DNA of 64,000 bases from Antedon mediterranea. Its lineage: Eukaryota; Animalia; Echinodermata. The stretch lies in NCBI RefSeq assembly GCF_964355755.1, contig NC_092670.1, forward strand, positions 25,468,795 through 25,532,794, in the 5' to 3' direction. The translations under genes were made by a program, and so were the position numbers. Shown piece by piece: positions 42,301-53,663 of this stretch; the first letter of the stretch is position 1, and each line of letters starts with the position of its first letter. Under the pieces are notes generated by a model that saw only the letters and a program-made list of their open reading frames with translations, searched no databases and was not told the origin of the DNA.

Positions 42301-45300
42301 CTTGTATTCGTTCATCACAGGTACATCATGTTACAACGAATGACGTGGTAGAATCTGAGGGTCAGTGGTTGGAAAATGTTTACAAAGCATTTGTCAATGA
42401 TGATGATGATAATGACAACCTTCATTGGTACAGTAGATACGATACTTTCGATAATTTTAATTTAAAATAAATAAGTATGATAATTATTTCTTAAAATAGG
42501 TGAATACTTAAATGTGATTTTGTTTTTAGGTCTAGTTATTATTCGCATCAAATGAAAGACGAGGATATTTTACCACCAGCAATAACGACTCTTCTTCCGC
42601 TATTTCGTGAGAAAGCAGATTCACCAGCCATGATTCATCATGCTATGATGCTAATTAAGAATCATACAGAATACCTTAATCCTGGTATGTAATTGTACTG
42701 ATGAAAATAATTAATATGTAATGGTGGCGGATAAATGTATATTCATGTTATTTAATTAATTAACTAGTTATATATATATAAACTTTTTATAAAGTTATGT
42801 TACTTTACTTTAGTTATATAACTTTAAACAAAATTATTATGACAGGTCAAGTACCTGTTTTAACTGTGGACCAGCCGCTATATGCCATTGCTAAGAAAAT
42901 CCAGTGGACTAAAGACCAGACCCTTGGCGAAAAGGGGTTCCTAGTTACGATGGCTGACTTTCACATTGAAATGACTTTCATGCGGTGTATAGGTGAGTAT
43001 ACAATTAGGCCTACCATACCATGTTTCATTTATTTAATTTATCAAATTTCCAGGTAAACCTCAACAATTAAAAACTAATAAACAACAGCGCATTATAATT
43101 AATTGGACTAATGATGTATCTTTATAATTGTCTAACCAATCATTATTGATTTTTTTTAATTTTTAGGTGATTGGCTAAATGGAAGTGGTTGGACAGAGTT
43201 GATGAGTGCTTCATCAGTAGTGACTGGTGGCAAGGCCAATGCCATGTTATCTGCTTCATCGAATACTGCTTTGTGTCGCTATCTGCACCAGGTCACAGCA
43301 TGTGCATTATACATAAAGAAGAAACATGCATATATGAAATATATCGAAGATTCTGATTCCGCAATGTCATTTTCTGATTGGGAAAACCACATGGAGAAGC
43401 ACCCGATGTTCAAGTTCTGGAATTTAACAATGAGGATGGAGCTAACACTTCTTCAGTTTGTGAAGTCAATTAGAACAGGCAACTTTGAACTGTATTTAAA
43501 TCAACTACATGCCATAGCACCATGGATGTTCGCTTTAGACCATTATAATTATTCAAGGTGGCTACCTGTTCATATCCATACTATGCAACATCTTCATAAC
43601 ACTCATCCAGCAATTTATGCACAATTTGCCAGTGGAAAGTTCACTATACAAAAATCAAACAGAAAGTTTTCGAAAATTGCACTAGATCATAACCATGAGC
43701 AGTTGAACGCCAAAATAAAAGGTGTGGGTGGAGCAATTGGATTGACTGAAGACGAAATGAGTTTGCGGAGATGGATAATGGCTGGTCCCGAAATTGTGAG
43801 GTTGACATCTGAGTTTGATTCAGCTATCAGTGATTGTGAATTAACAGAAACCATTTATGAACACCACGATGCTGGAAAAACAACACAAAAGAGGTACTAC
43901 AATGACGTAAAGTTGGTTGTTGCCACTTTAAACGAATTTGGAAATCCATTTGAAGATGATAGCAGTGAGCTCTTCAACATTGAAACAAAAGTTGTCAGCA
44001 CTTCGTCAACTAATTTACAGAATGTAGAGAAGAGCGGTAAAGATCAGTTTAAAGATTTCTTGGCCAATCGCATAGAAGATCCAAAAATAGCACTTAGTGA
44101 TACAATACCAAAGAACAAACTCATTCCATTTACTTCAAAGTTGAACAGCAAATCTAAAAAAGACAAGAAACTTCAGGCTGCTAAGCGTGATGTTGGAATG
44201 TTTTCTCGGCTGTATATAGCATCTCAGCATAGAGAAGGTGATTTGAAGACATTCTTTGCGCATGAGAATGACAAAACACCCCCGTCTTTGTCTGAAGATG
44301 GTCGATTAAGACCCGCTAAGTCTAAATCAGACATAGTTTCTTGTATAATTAGCGGTGACCAAGACCTTCGAAGTGAAAGTCCACAAGTGGATGCAAAGGT
44401 ATTTGATGGACCAGCTCTTGTCAATATGGTACGTCCATCAGGGTGTCACACATTTGAGGATTACTCGAATAATAACTTTGTACCATATTTGCAGTCTCAA
44501 TTGAGATGTCTTTCACGAATTGATTTAGTCTGGGACAGATATTTTGAAGATAGCTTAAAATCAATGACTAGAGAAAATCGAGGAAAGGGAGTGAGACGAA
44601 AGGTGTACAGCAAAGGGCCATTACCACAGAATTGGAGTACATTTTTGAGATGCACCGAAAATAAGCAAGAATTATTTGAGTTTCTGGCTCACGAAAGTAC
44701 TGCACAAATACATGATAAGTTCGTAGTAAGTACTTTGAAAGACGGAGTGCTCTCAAATCATAAAAATGAAAACTTCCCGGACTTATCTAATTGTAACATC
44801 GAAGAGGCTGACGAAAGAATGCTACTTCACGTCAAAAACATTTCAAAATGGTATCCAAAGATTACAATAAAGACGGTTGACAGTGATGTTGTAGTAATTG
44901 CTACATCACTATTTAACAAACTAGTTGGCATAGATGAGCTCTATGTAGAATATGGAGTTGGTAAAGCACAAAAAATAATCGCAATCCATGAGTTAGTGAA
45001 CACTATGGGTGCACAGAGATGTACTGGCCTACTTTTTTTCCATTCATTTACAGGAGCAGACACAACTTCCTCTTTTGCAGGGAAAGGAAAAACATCCTTC
45101 TACAACACATGGACAAGTATGCCCGATATTTCAGGGTTATTTAACAAGTTATCAAATATCAAAAATCCAAATGAAATTTCAGATGATGACAACCTTGAAA
45201 TTGAGAGGTTTGTAGTTGCCACATACAGTCAAACATGTAACGCCACTCGAGTAAATGAGGCCAGACAGATCTTATTTACCAAGAGCAGTCGATCCATCGA

Positions 45301-46255
45301 GAACCTGCCTCCAACAGCAGCTGCACTGAAGCAGCATATCAAAAGATCATCTTTACAGGCTATGAAATGGAAAATGTCAATTAATGACTCTGCAGAAGCT
45401 ATAGATCCACAAGAATGGGGATGGAAAAGGAACGTTGCTGGAAATGGATTTGTTCCCCACTGGTCTGATCTTCCTGAAGTATCAAAAGCATGTGGAGAGC
45501 TGCTGAAATGTGGGTGTAAAGTTAGCTGCTCTGCTGGAAGATGTAAATGCATAAAAGCTGAATTGTCCTGTACAGCATTATGTGGGTGTAATGCAGATTG
45601 TGAGAACTAAAAAATGTCGGTATGTTAGCAATACATTACACCTATCAGGTGAGTAAAAATTTCAGAATAATAATTTATGGAGATGTTTGCATCAAGTGTT
45701 TATTCAAAGGCGAAAAAAAAGTTATTTTACATTATACTGTACTAACATAAACCCCATAATGATCACATAATTTCACAATCATATCGGATAAATATCAAAG
45801 GTCAACAATTGTATTTTCGGTCATTTTATGTGGAAATGTTTCATTACAACAAATATAAATTTATTTATTCTGAACAAAATGACACCAAAATCGAATGAAA
45901 ATGCCCAGTAGTTATTGAGATACACAAATATGAGGTCAAAGGTCAAATTGGAGAAATTCCCATTTCCGGTCACTTTTGAGCGAAATTGTCCATTAGAGTA
46001 AATAGAAATATGTAGTTTATGAACATTTTGAGACCAAAATCAAGTGTCTACTGTTTGTAGTTGCCAAGATATGAGCACTTTTTGTTTTTATTGTGGCCAT
46101 TTTGAAATCAAGATGGCCGCCATACCGGACGTTGGACACTTGGCACCCCCCGATATTTTGAATCTAAATATATCAAAGAAACTTTGTGCCAAGTTTCATG
46201 CTTTGGTAATAAAATGCACAACTTGGCTATTTTTATGGCGTTAACTGCTCTACTA
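39332..46255 (+). mobile_element. Academ DNA transposon, full-length autonomous-type copy
   Basis: TAGTAGAGCAGTTA / TAACTGCTCTACTA termini, ~500-bp TIRs, 3-bp TSD TAA and an internal transposase gene. Confidence 0.9.
40050..45610 (+). pseudogene. Academ transposase with XPG-like and Cys8 domains; exons 40050-40052, 40476-42176, 42321-42427, 42530-42684, 42846-42992, 43167-45610; one TGA at 41985
   Basis: Motifs DNIDHNPSS..DS*HGTAIS, LLPLF, DQPLYAIAK, FHIEM, DHYNYSRW, DHNHEQ, EEADERMLLH, TVDSDV, FTGADTTS, LPPT and CGCKVSCSAGRCKCIKAELSCTALCGC. All introns are GT-AG and phase-compatible. Confidence 0.85.
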
Positions 46256-47654
46256 TAAAAGCTCCTGCAAAAACCATGTACAGTATCAACAGTAATATTT
46301 TTGTTGCATTGACATTGACAAAATATGATAAAATTGAACGTAATTTTCACCAATAAATGCATTAAATATACGAAATTTACTGAGTTTTTAGCCCTCTATT
46401 ATGATTGCTCTTTTAGCGCTCCATAGAAACAACAACATTGAACATGGAGTATGCGAAATTCACGAACCGATGTGCGAGAAACACGTCTGTAAATTCATCA
46501 ATTTAAAGGATTTATTTTTTACTTTTTGTGTGATCTCCTTCGTAAAAGTATTTTTGAGGCCTAATTCTAAGGTGTGGTACTCACGATAAAGTTAATTAAC
46601 CAATTTTGAGTCGAAATAAATGACAGGTGCGAAACGGAACTAGCGCCGGCTAGCCTAGGCTTAGGATATGTTAAAATAGCAGCCATGCATGTCATCACGA
46701 CACTAGCTAGAGTAGTGATAATACAACATGCAGAACAGTAGTACTACTGTACTGTAGCTAGTTTGGGCCTACAACTACTAGAGGCCTAGGGCTAGACTTT
46801 AGAGGCCTAGCCTAGTAGGCCAAAATAACAAAAGTGATCATGAATGAATGGAAATAAATCTCGTTTGTGTGGTAATGACATGTAGGCTAATAATAGGTTA
46901 ATAATATAGTATTGTTGGGCTTTGTTTCTAGCCTACTATAGGCTAGTACTATGTAGAGGCCAATAAGACAATTTGCGGTCGTACACAGCCATGTAATCAA
47001 TCTGCAGCTAGCAAGGTGGGGCAAGCCAAGGCTGAAGCGCCTAGCTTACTAGCCAGCAGCGAGCGGCGAGGCCTCCATTTTGTTGTCGATCTTTGATCAT
47101 AGTTTGTAGGCCTATGCCTATAGTAATAAGAGATAATAATAGACATATATGTCAGGCCTACCTTTTATAAAACAGCAAGATGTGTGCCTCATCCTTAATT
47201 TGATGCGATTAGCCAATAATACCCATTCTAGACCTGGCATCTCTGTGCTGCGTGATCGCCGATTTTGCCGCCGAGCTACACTGGCACAAAAACAAAGGGA
47301 GCCGTTTTTGGCTGTTGGCTTGCAGTTTTCTGATTGGTTGTTTACGGTCTGCCGGCCTATACGACGCATGCTCCATTATTTTCAAAAAGTTGTGCAGTAT
47401 TTCTTATTTCTTTACTCGATTTTATTTGATTTAATTTAAATAATTGTTTGTTGCAATAATATAGGATTACAAATAATAATATTAATTATATTTTGAATGG
47501 TAATTACGGACCATGCTTCTATTCCCGTCACCTCAACCCAGAACACCCCCCCCCCCCCCCCCACCTCTCCCCTGGGTCCTCTCTCGTACTCCCACGACGT
47601 ACACCCAGCCATCCGCTTTCGCTCTTCTCCGAATTCCCTTGGTTGTTAGGAAAA

Positions 47655-48040
47655 AAACTAGTTGCAAAACCAATTGAAACAACCAGTTGCCCGGTTGAAA
47701 AACCGATTGGACCAGTTGACTAGTTGAACTCAGTTGAGCTTTGGGAATACCAGTTGGCCAGTTGGAAAAACCAGTTGACCTGTTGAAAAACCAGTTGACC
47801 AGTTTGAAAAACCAGTTGACCAGTTTGAAAAACCAGTTGACCAGTTGAAAAACCAGTTGACCAGTTTGAAAAACCAGTTGACCAGTTGAAAAACCAGTTG
47901 ACCAGTTGGAAAAACCAGTTGACCAGTTGGAAAAAACAGTTAGACCAGTTGAAAAACCAGTTGACCAGTTGTTAAAACCAGTTGGAAACCAGTAAGACCA
48001 GTTGGACCAGTTGAAATTTCCAACTGTTCTCAACTGGAAT
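47655..48040. repeat. Subterminal (ACCAGTTG)n array (right)
   Basis: Repeating GAAAAACCAGTTGACCAGTT units. Confidence 0.92.
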
Positions 48041-48939
48041 TTTTACCTGGGGTATAGCTTTTGTTTACTACGAAACCCTCGGAAGGCTCAATGACCTACC
48101 ATTTCAACCTTATTTTTGTAGTTGAGCCTCTTGTGACCTCAAAATGTTTTTTATTCCTACACCAAGATAATATAGTTCCACATACCATGTGCTTGTTACT
48201 AAGAAAAATATTAATTTTAACTGCTAAAAAAACAATTTTATCCCGATATGAGGCCTTTATGATTCGAATATTTCATAGTAACAACCCATATACCATAAAC
48301 AATATCCGTTTAGTCCATTTTTTAAATAATTTTTGAAAAATTCCGAGGGGCTCCACTACAAAAACGCCATTTTATGGTATGATGTCATCGCAAGCCAATC
48401 AAACCTGAGGGCGCAATTTGTTTATATCGTTCGTGGCTAAAAACGATCATTTTCGGCGATGTTTTAAACCCTATATTTCGAAAACTACAAGTCATATTTT
48501 CATAATTCTTTCTTTATTATAATATTGATACAAAATACTAACAGGCAATGTATAATTTGTTTGAAAAATATTAACTTTTAATTTTACATCGTTATACCTA
48601 CTCAAGACTGCTGGATATTCATCGGAGATATATATTCACCGTGATCAGAAAAGAAGAAGACTGAAGTAACAGAAGAAAGCCCAGTAAATTTTGAGAAGAT
48701 TTGCAAAGCTGACTTTGTAAACTATTTTTGTATTTCGAAAGTAAATTTTTGTACGGAGCGAACTTGGAACGTTGTTTGTGACTTTGAAGTAAATTAATGT
48801 CTTAGATTGTATTGCATTTAAAAATTTATGTGGATTTCATATTTTTACATATCTGAATGGAATCAAGGTAATACAAATACTTTTATAACATATTTTGTAT
48901 ACATAAGTTTACATATTTCATTAGTAAATTGTTATTAGC

Positions 48940-50277
48940 ATGACAACTTTAAGATCGGGTAAAAATATAGATAAGACTATGTCAGACAAAGATACTAGGG
49001 AAGATATGGTTGACCAAGAAGAGGTTGACCAAGTCAATGAAATATATGATAACATGGCTAGGGATATTGATTTGCCCGAAATACCCGGCGGTATGCCTAA
49101 AGATATGATGCTCGAATATTTTCGAATGAAGTTCGAGGCCGAAAACAAAAAGTTAGAATTACAATACCAACAAGACCAATTAAGATTAGAAGCAGATATA
49201 GAGCAAAGAAAAATTGAATCACAAGAAAGAGTGAAAATGATGGAATTAGAAAATAGGTCTAGCTACAGTAATGCTAGGAATATAGTAGATGAAATGAAGG
49301 TAAAGGTTCCTACTTTGAAGGAATCCGATGATATTGATATATATTTTAGAACATTTGAACACTTGGCAGAAGCCACAGGTTGGGATAAGAATACGTGGTC
49401 CGCTAGGTTAGCACCTGAACTGTCTGGTAAAGCTAGGACAGCATATGCATCCTTAACCGTAAAAGAATGTGTAGATTATGATACCTTAAAGAAGGCAATC
49501 TTAGAAAAGTATGATGTGTCCGCAGAGACCTACAGATTTAAATTTAGAAATTCGAATAGAGTTAAAGATATGTCCATCAGGGAATGGCTGAATGAGCTCT
49601 CCCATTATTTAAAATGTTGGATGAAATGTGCTAATGTAAAAGAAGATGATGCTGCAGGCATTATTGAAATGATTATAATGGAACAGGCACTTGATAAAAT
49701 GCCTGAAGATCTGAGGCTTTATCTTAGAGATAAACAAGTAAATAAGAGCTATGATATGGCTATGATGGCCGATGATTATATAGCTAATAGAGGTGGCCGT
49801 GGCTATTGGAATGCCGTAAATTCTGAAAATAAGCCTACGTATTATAAGGGCCAAGAAAATAGTAAACCTAAGAATGGTACGACTCAGAATAACCCTGGAG
49901 CTAGGCAGCAAGGATACAATAGGTATCGCGGAAGGGGAGGCAAATTCCATAACTATGGTAGAAATTTCCAACAGAGAGAACCTTCAAATGAATGGATTAA
50001 TGGCCTATGCTTCAATTGTAAGGAGAAGGGACATAAAATAGGGGATTGTCCTAAGATGGTAGCAAAAGGAAAGACTAGTGACACTAAGAAGGGCCCGAAT
50101 GTGAAAGATGGCTTAAGATGTGAAGGACTAAAATCAGATAGACCCCTAGTAGTTATAGATAGTGTAGAAAATAAAATGGAGAAATGTACAATACCAGGAA
50201 AATTAGAAGGACAGGATATAACTATGCTTAGAGACTCGGGATGTACAGTACCCAGTCAGCTGTTAAGGAAAGTCTAG
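48940..50277 (+). CDS. gag: Gag (SCAN-like capsid, CCHC knuckle) and start of protease
   Basis: AETYRFKFR..WM..IIMEQAL..MP..LR is SCAN-like; CFNCKEKGHKIGDC is the knuckle; LRDSGC is the aspartic protease motif. Confidence 0.9.
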   Translation: MTTLRSGKNIDKTMSDKDTREDMVDQEEVDQVNEIYDNMARDIDLPEIPGGMPKDMMLEYFRMKFEAENKKLELQYQQDQLRLEADIEQRKIESQERVKMMELENRSSYSNARNIVDEMKVKVPTLKESDDIDIYFRTFEHLAEATGWDKNTWSARLAPELSGKARTAYASLTVKECVDYDTLKKAILEKYDVSAETYRFKFRNSNRVKDMSIREWLNELSHYLKCWMKCANVKEDDAAGIIEMIIMEQALDKMPEDLRLYLRDKQVNKSYDMAMMADDYIANRGGRGYWNAVNSENKPTYYKGQENSKPKNGTTQNNPGARQQGYNRYRGRGGKFHNYGRNFQQREPSNEWINGLCFNCKEKGHKIGDCPKMVAKGKTSDTKKGPNVKDGLRCEGLKSDRPLVVIDSVENKMEKCTIPGKLEGQDITMLRDSGCTVPSQLLRKV

Positions 50278-53200
50278 TGCCTAACAAATGTTACTTGCCA
50301 GGAAAATGGGTTACGTTAAGAGGTATAGGAGGCGATATTACCGTCCCCTTAGCTGAGGTAGCTATAGGAAGTAAGATAGTGACAGGAAAAGTGATTGTAG
50401 CCGTAATCGAAGGATTACAGAGGGACATGTTATTGGGTCATGATTTGGACCAGAATTGTGGGGAAACAATGGTTAAAGAAATGTTCGTCCTAACTAGGGA
50501 GCAAGCCAGAATAGAAAATGATGTTAGAATACAAGACGAAATGATATTGTTAGGGAAAGATAGTAACTTTAAGCCGATAGAAGAGCCGCCTAAAGAAACT
50601 AATGTACAATTGTTGAAAACAGTAGTAAATGAAAACAAAGTAAATAAAACTAAGTGTTTAGATGATATGAATGGAACAGAAATGAATAATTTGTCTGACG
50701 AAAATGAGGATAGAGCTAAAGATAAAACAGTCAAACATAAAACTTATGAACAACAGCACAAGCTGAACCTAACTAAACAAGAACTGATCAAATTGCAAAC
50801 TAAGGATGACTCACTCAAAGGAGTGTTTGACAGGGTAGTCCCTATAGAAGAAATAGGTCAGCATAGGGTATGTTTCTTTATGAGACAAGGTATATTGATG
50901 AGAAATTGGAGTAGTATTAAAGATAAGAATAACCAAGTGGAACAGATTGTATTACCCACTCAGTGTAGACAGGGTGTATTACACTTAGGTCATAATGTGC
51001 CATTTGCAGGTCACATGGGTGTTGAGAAAACTAAAAGTAGAGTCCTGAACCAATTCTATTGGCCAGGTATATTTAAAGATGTGGTAGTCTATTGTAAAGT
51101 CTGTAAGGAATGCCAAAAGGTAGATAAGGGTAAAAGTAAAAGGAAACATACTTTGATACCATTACCGATTATAAGTACACCATTTAAACGTATAGCGATA
51201 GACATTGTTGGACCCTTATCTAGAACAAGCCGTAATAACAAATATATGCTTACTATAATTGACTATGCTACGAGATATCCGGATGCTATCCCGTTACCCA
51301 ATGTTAGAGCTGAAACAGTAGCCAGGGCTCTAATAGAAGTATTTACTAGAGTAGGATTACCCGAAGAGATTGTACATGATCAAGGAACTAATTTCATGTC
51401 TTCAATTATGCAATCTATATGTAGTATGTTGGGGATTAATCAATTAAAGACTACAGTGTACCACCCCCAAAGCAATGAGCTTGTCGAAAGATTTCACGGT
51501 ACATTGAAAAATATGATAAGGACACTTACAGTTAAGCAAAAAAAAAATTGGGATAACTACATACCCCCCTTTCTGTTTGCATACAGAGAAGTTCCTAGTA
51601 AAGCGACGGGCCATTCACCTTTTAAATTGCTTTATGGTAGAGAGGTGAGGGGACCCTTGAGTTTACTCAAAAGTAATTGGGTAGAAGATGAAGAAACATC
51701 TACTGATGTTATCAAATACATGTTAGAAATAAGAGAAAAAATGGAGGAATTAATGAAAGATGCTAATGTAAACAAACTTGAACAACAAGAAATTATGTCC
51801 CACAATTATAACAAGAATGCTATTGATAGAGAATTTGTAGAAGGGGACAAAGTGTTGATATTCCTTCCAGTAGGAAATAGTAAGTTAGACAGTAAATGGC
51901 AAGGCCCCTTCACTGTTACAAAAAAGGTCAATGATGTAAATTATGAAATATACATAGAAGGTAGAAGAAAAGAAAAACAAATTCTACATGTTAATATGTT
52001 AAAGAGATGGTATGATAAAGTAGAAATAAGTAAAGATGGTTATTATGTAGTAACAAATGTCCAGTCGATAGAAGAAGTAGACTTAAATGAAACAGTCCAT
52101 GACAATGAGTTAGATAGTGAAATAGACATAGGATTGTCTTATCATCAATCACAAACATGGAGAGATGTTAACGTTAGTAGTAATTTAAATGATACACAAT
52201 CTAAACAATTAACAGAATTGTTAAAGTACCAACAGAATGTATTCTCGGATGTACCAGGTAGAACTCACTTGGTGACACATGAAATTAAGACTAATGGTGA
52301 AATGCCTATAAGGCATAGGGCATATAGAACGCCCCAAGCATTAAAGGGTAAATTGAAAGAGGAATTAGATAGTATGTTGGCTATGGGTGTAATAGAACCT
52401 ACTGTTAGTGCCTATGCTGCACCTATTATTGCCCTGAAGAAAGGCCAGAATCAAATTAGAATGGTGACAGATTTTAGATCACTAAATAAGACTACACAAT
52501 TTGACCCTTATGTTATGCCTCGCATAGACGAAATGTTGGATGAGGTATCATCCGCAATATACATAACTACGTTAGATCTAACTAAAGGATTTTACCAGGT
52601 GCCTCTGGATCCTAAGACCAAAGACAAATCAGCATTTATTACACAATTTGGACAGTATTGTTACAATGTACTTCCATTTGGTATGCAAAATAGCTCTAGT
52701 ACTTTCCAAAGATTAATGGATAAGGTATTACAAGGTACTGAGAGATATGCTAAGGCATATATAGATGACATATGTATTTATAGTCAAACTTGGAAAGATC
52801 ATATTTTTCATTTGAATGATGTATTAGAAAGATTAAGTAGTGCTGGATTGACAGCAAAGCCTTTGAAATGTAAAATTGCCTATGCACAGGTAGAATTTCT
52901 GGGGCATAAGATTGGTAATGGAGAAATTAGACCCATGATTGATAAGGTTGAGGCTGTGGAAAAGTTCCCCAGACCTTTGTCTAAGAAACAAGTCCGATCA
53001 TTTCTCGGATTAACTGGCTATTACAGAAAATTTGTACAGAACTATGCTGATATTGCTAAACCATTGATTGATTTAACTTTAAAGAGTAAAAGTAATACCG
53101 TTAAGTGGAATGAACAATGTGAAAATGCCTTTGTAACTTTAAAGAAACGACTTACTGATGATAATGTATTAAAAGCCCCAAATTTTGATAAGATGTTTAT

Positions 53201-53561
53201 ATTGCAAACCGATGCCTCAAATTATGGCATAGGTGCAGTGCTGAGCCAAATAGATGGTGAGGATAATGATTATCCCATTGTGTACTTAAGTAGAAAGTTA
53301 TCCGTACATGAGCAGAGATATTCTGTGCCAGAAAAAGAGTGCCTCTCTATTGTTTGGGCTATCAATAAACTTAAGTATTATCTGTATGGTTCTGAATTTC
53401 AAGTTCATACTGACCACCAGGCATTGAGATGGATGGACTCAATGAAGGGTGCCAATGTTAGACTTATGAGATGGGCTCTGTTTTTACAAGGATATAAATT
53501 TAAAGTTATTTACAAGAAAGGATCATTAAATGGAAATGCAGATGGATTAAGCCGTGCATAA
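50241..53561 (+). CDS. pol: Pol: protease remainder, integrase, RT, RNase H (Gmr1 order)
   Basis: Integrase HHCC, IAIDIVGP, HDQGTNF, VERF and GPF motifs precede RT LDLTKGFYQ, LPFG and YIDD, then RNase H TDAS, EKECL and TDH. Confidence 0.93.
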   Translation: MYSTQSAVKESLVPNKCYLPGKWVTLRGIGGDITVPLAEVAIGSKIVTGKVIVAVIEGLQRDMLLGHDLDQNCGETMVKEMFVLTREQARIENDVRIQDEMILLGKDSNFKPIEEPPKETNVQLLKTVVNENKVNKTKCLDDMNGTEMNNLSDENEDRAKDKTVKHKTYEQQHKLNLTKQELIKLQTKDDSLKGVFDRVVPIEEIGQHRVCFFMRQGILMRNWSSIKDKNNQVEQIVLPTQCRQGVLHLGHNVPFAGHMGVEKTKSRVLNQFYWPGIFKDVVVYCKVCKECQKVDKGKSKRKHTLIPLPIISTPFKRIAIDIVGPLSRTSRNNKYMLTIIDYATRYPDAIPLPNVRAETVARALIEVFTRVGLPEEIVHDQGTNFMSSIMQSICSMLGINQLKTTVYHPQSNELVERFHGTLKNMIRTLTVKQKKNWDNYIPPFLFAYREVPSKATGHSPFKLLYGREVRGPLSLLKSNWVEDEETSTDVIKYMLEIREKMEELMKDANVNKLEQQEIMSHNYNKNAIDREFVEGDKVLIFLPVGNSKLDSKWQGPFTVTKKVNDVNYEIYIEGRRKEKQILHVNMLKRWYDKVEISKDGYYVVTNVQSIEEVDLNETVHDNELDSEIDIGLSYHQSQTWRDVNVSSNLNDTQSKQLTELLKYQQNVFSDVPGRTHLVTHEIKTNGEMPIRHRAYRTPQALKGKLKEELDSMLAMGVIEPTVSAYAAPIIALKKGQNQIRMVTDFRSLNKTTQFDPYVMPRIDEMLDEVSSAIYITTLDLTKGFYQVPLDPKTKDKSAFITQFGQYCYNVLPFGMQNSSSTFQRLMDKVLQGTERYAKAYIDDICIYSQTWKDHIFHLNDVLERLSSAGLTAKPLKCKIAYAQVEFLGHKIGNGEIRPMIDKVEAVEKFPRPLSKKQVRSFLGLTGYYRKFVQNYADIAKPLIDLTLKSKSNTVKWNEQCENAFVTLKKRLTDDNVLKAPNFDKMFILQTDASNYGIGAVLSQIDGEDNDYPIVYLSRKLSVHEQRYSVPEKECLSIVWAINKLKYYLYGSEFQVHTDHQALRWMDSMKGANVRLMRWALFLQGYKFKVIYKKGSLNGNADGLSRA

Positions 53562-53652
53562 ATAATATTATAGAGGTGTTATTTGTAGATAGTTTAAAGT
53601 AAAATGGTTTTAAATGTTAAATTTTTGGAAAGATTGACACAATCTTTTTCCC

Positions 53653-53663
53653 AAAAAGGGGAA
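53653..53663 (+). promoter_or_regulatory. Polypurine tract
   Basis: AAAAAGGGGAA immediately before the 3' LTR. Confidence 0.85.

Larger units (their letters stand above)
38814..46657. mobile_element. MITE with ~400-bp diverged TIRs, split by the Academ insertion
   Basis: TAGGCTAGCCGGCGCTAGTTCCGTTTCGCACCTGT and its exact reverse complement ending at 46657; the exact terminus and TSD are ambiguous (possibly TA). Confidence 0.78.
34045..48051. mobile_element. EnSpm/CACTA-like non-autonomous element
   Basis: TIR CCCAGGTAAAAATTCCAGTTGA / TCAACTGGAATTTTTACCTGGG, 2-bp TSD GT, and subterminal CCAGTTG arrays at both ends. Confidence 0.8.
33773..48601. mobile_element. Unclassified DNA transposon with GTAGG termini, outer shell of the nest
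   Basis: Left end GTAGGGATACCGA versus reverse complement of the right end GTAGGTATAACGA; 5-bp direct repeat TCAAG at 33768-33772 and 48602-48606. Confidence 0.7.

Noticed and set aside
47533-48033. 166-aa ORF, and the similar ORFs at 33989-34265
   Set aside because: Translations of the CCAGTTG subterminal arrays with low-complexity periodic sequence.
50230-50280. Programmed ribosomal frameshift between gag and pol
   Set aside because: There is no slippery heptamer, the break falls inside the protease, and a 5-nt footprint explains it.
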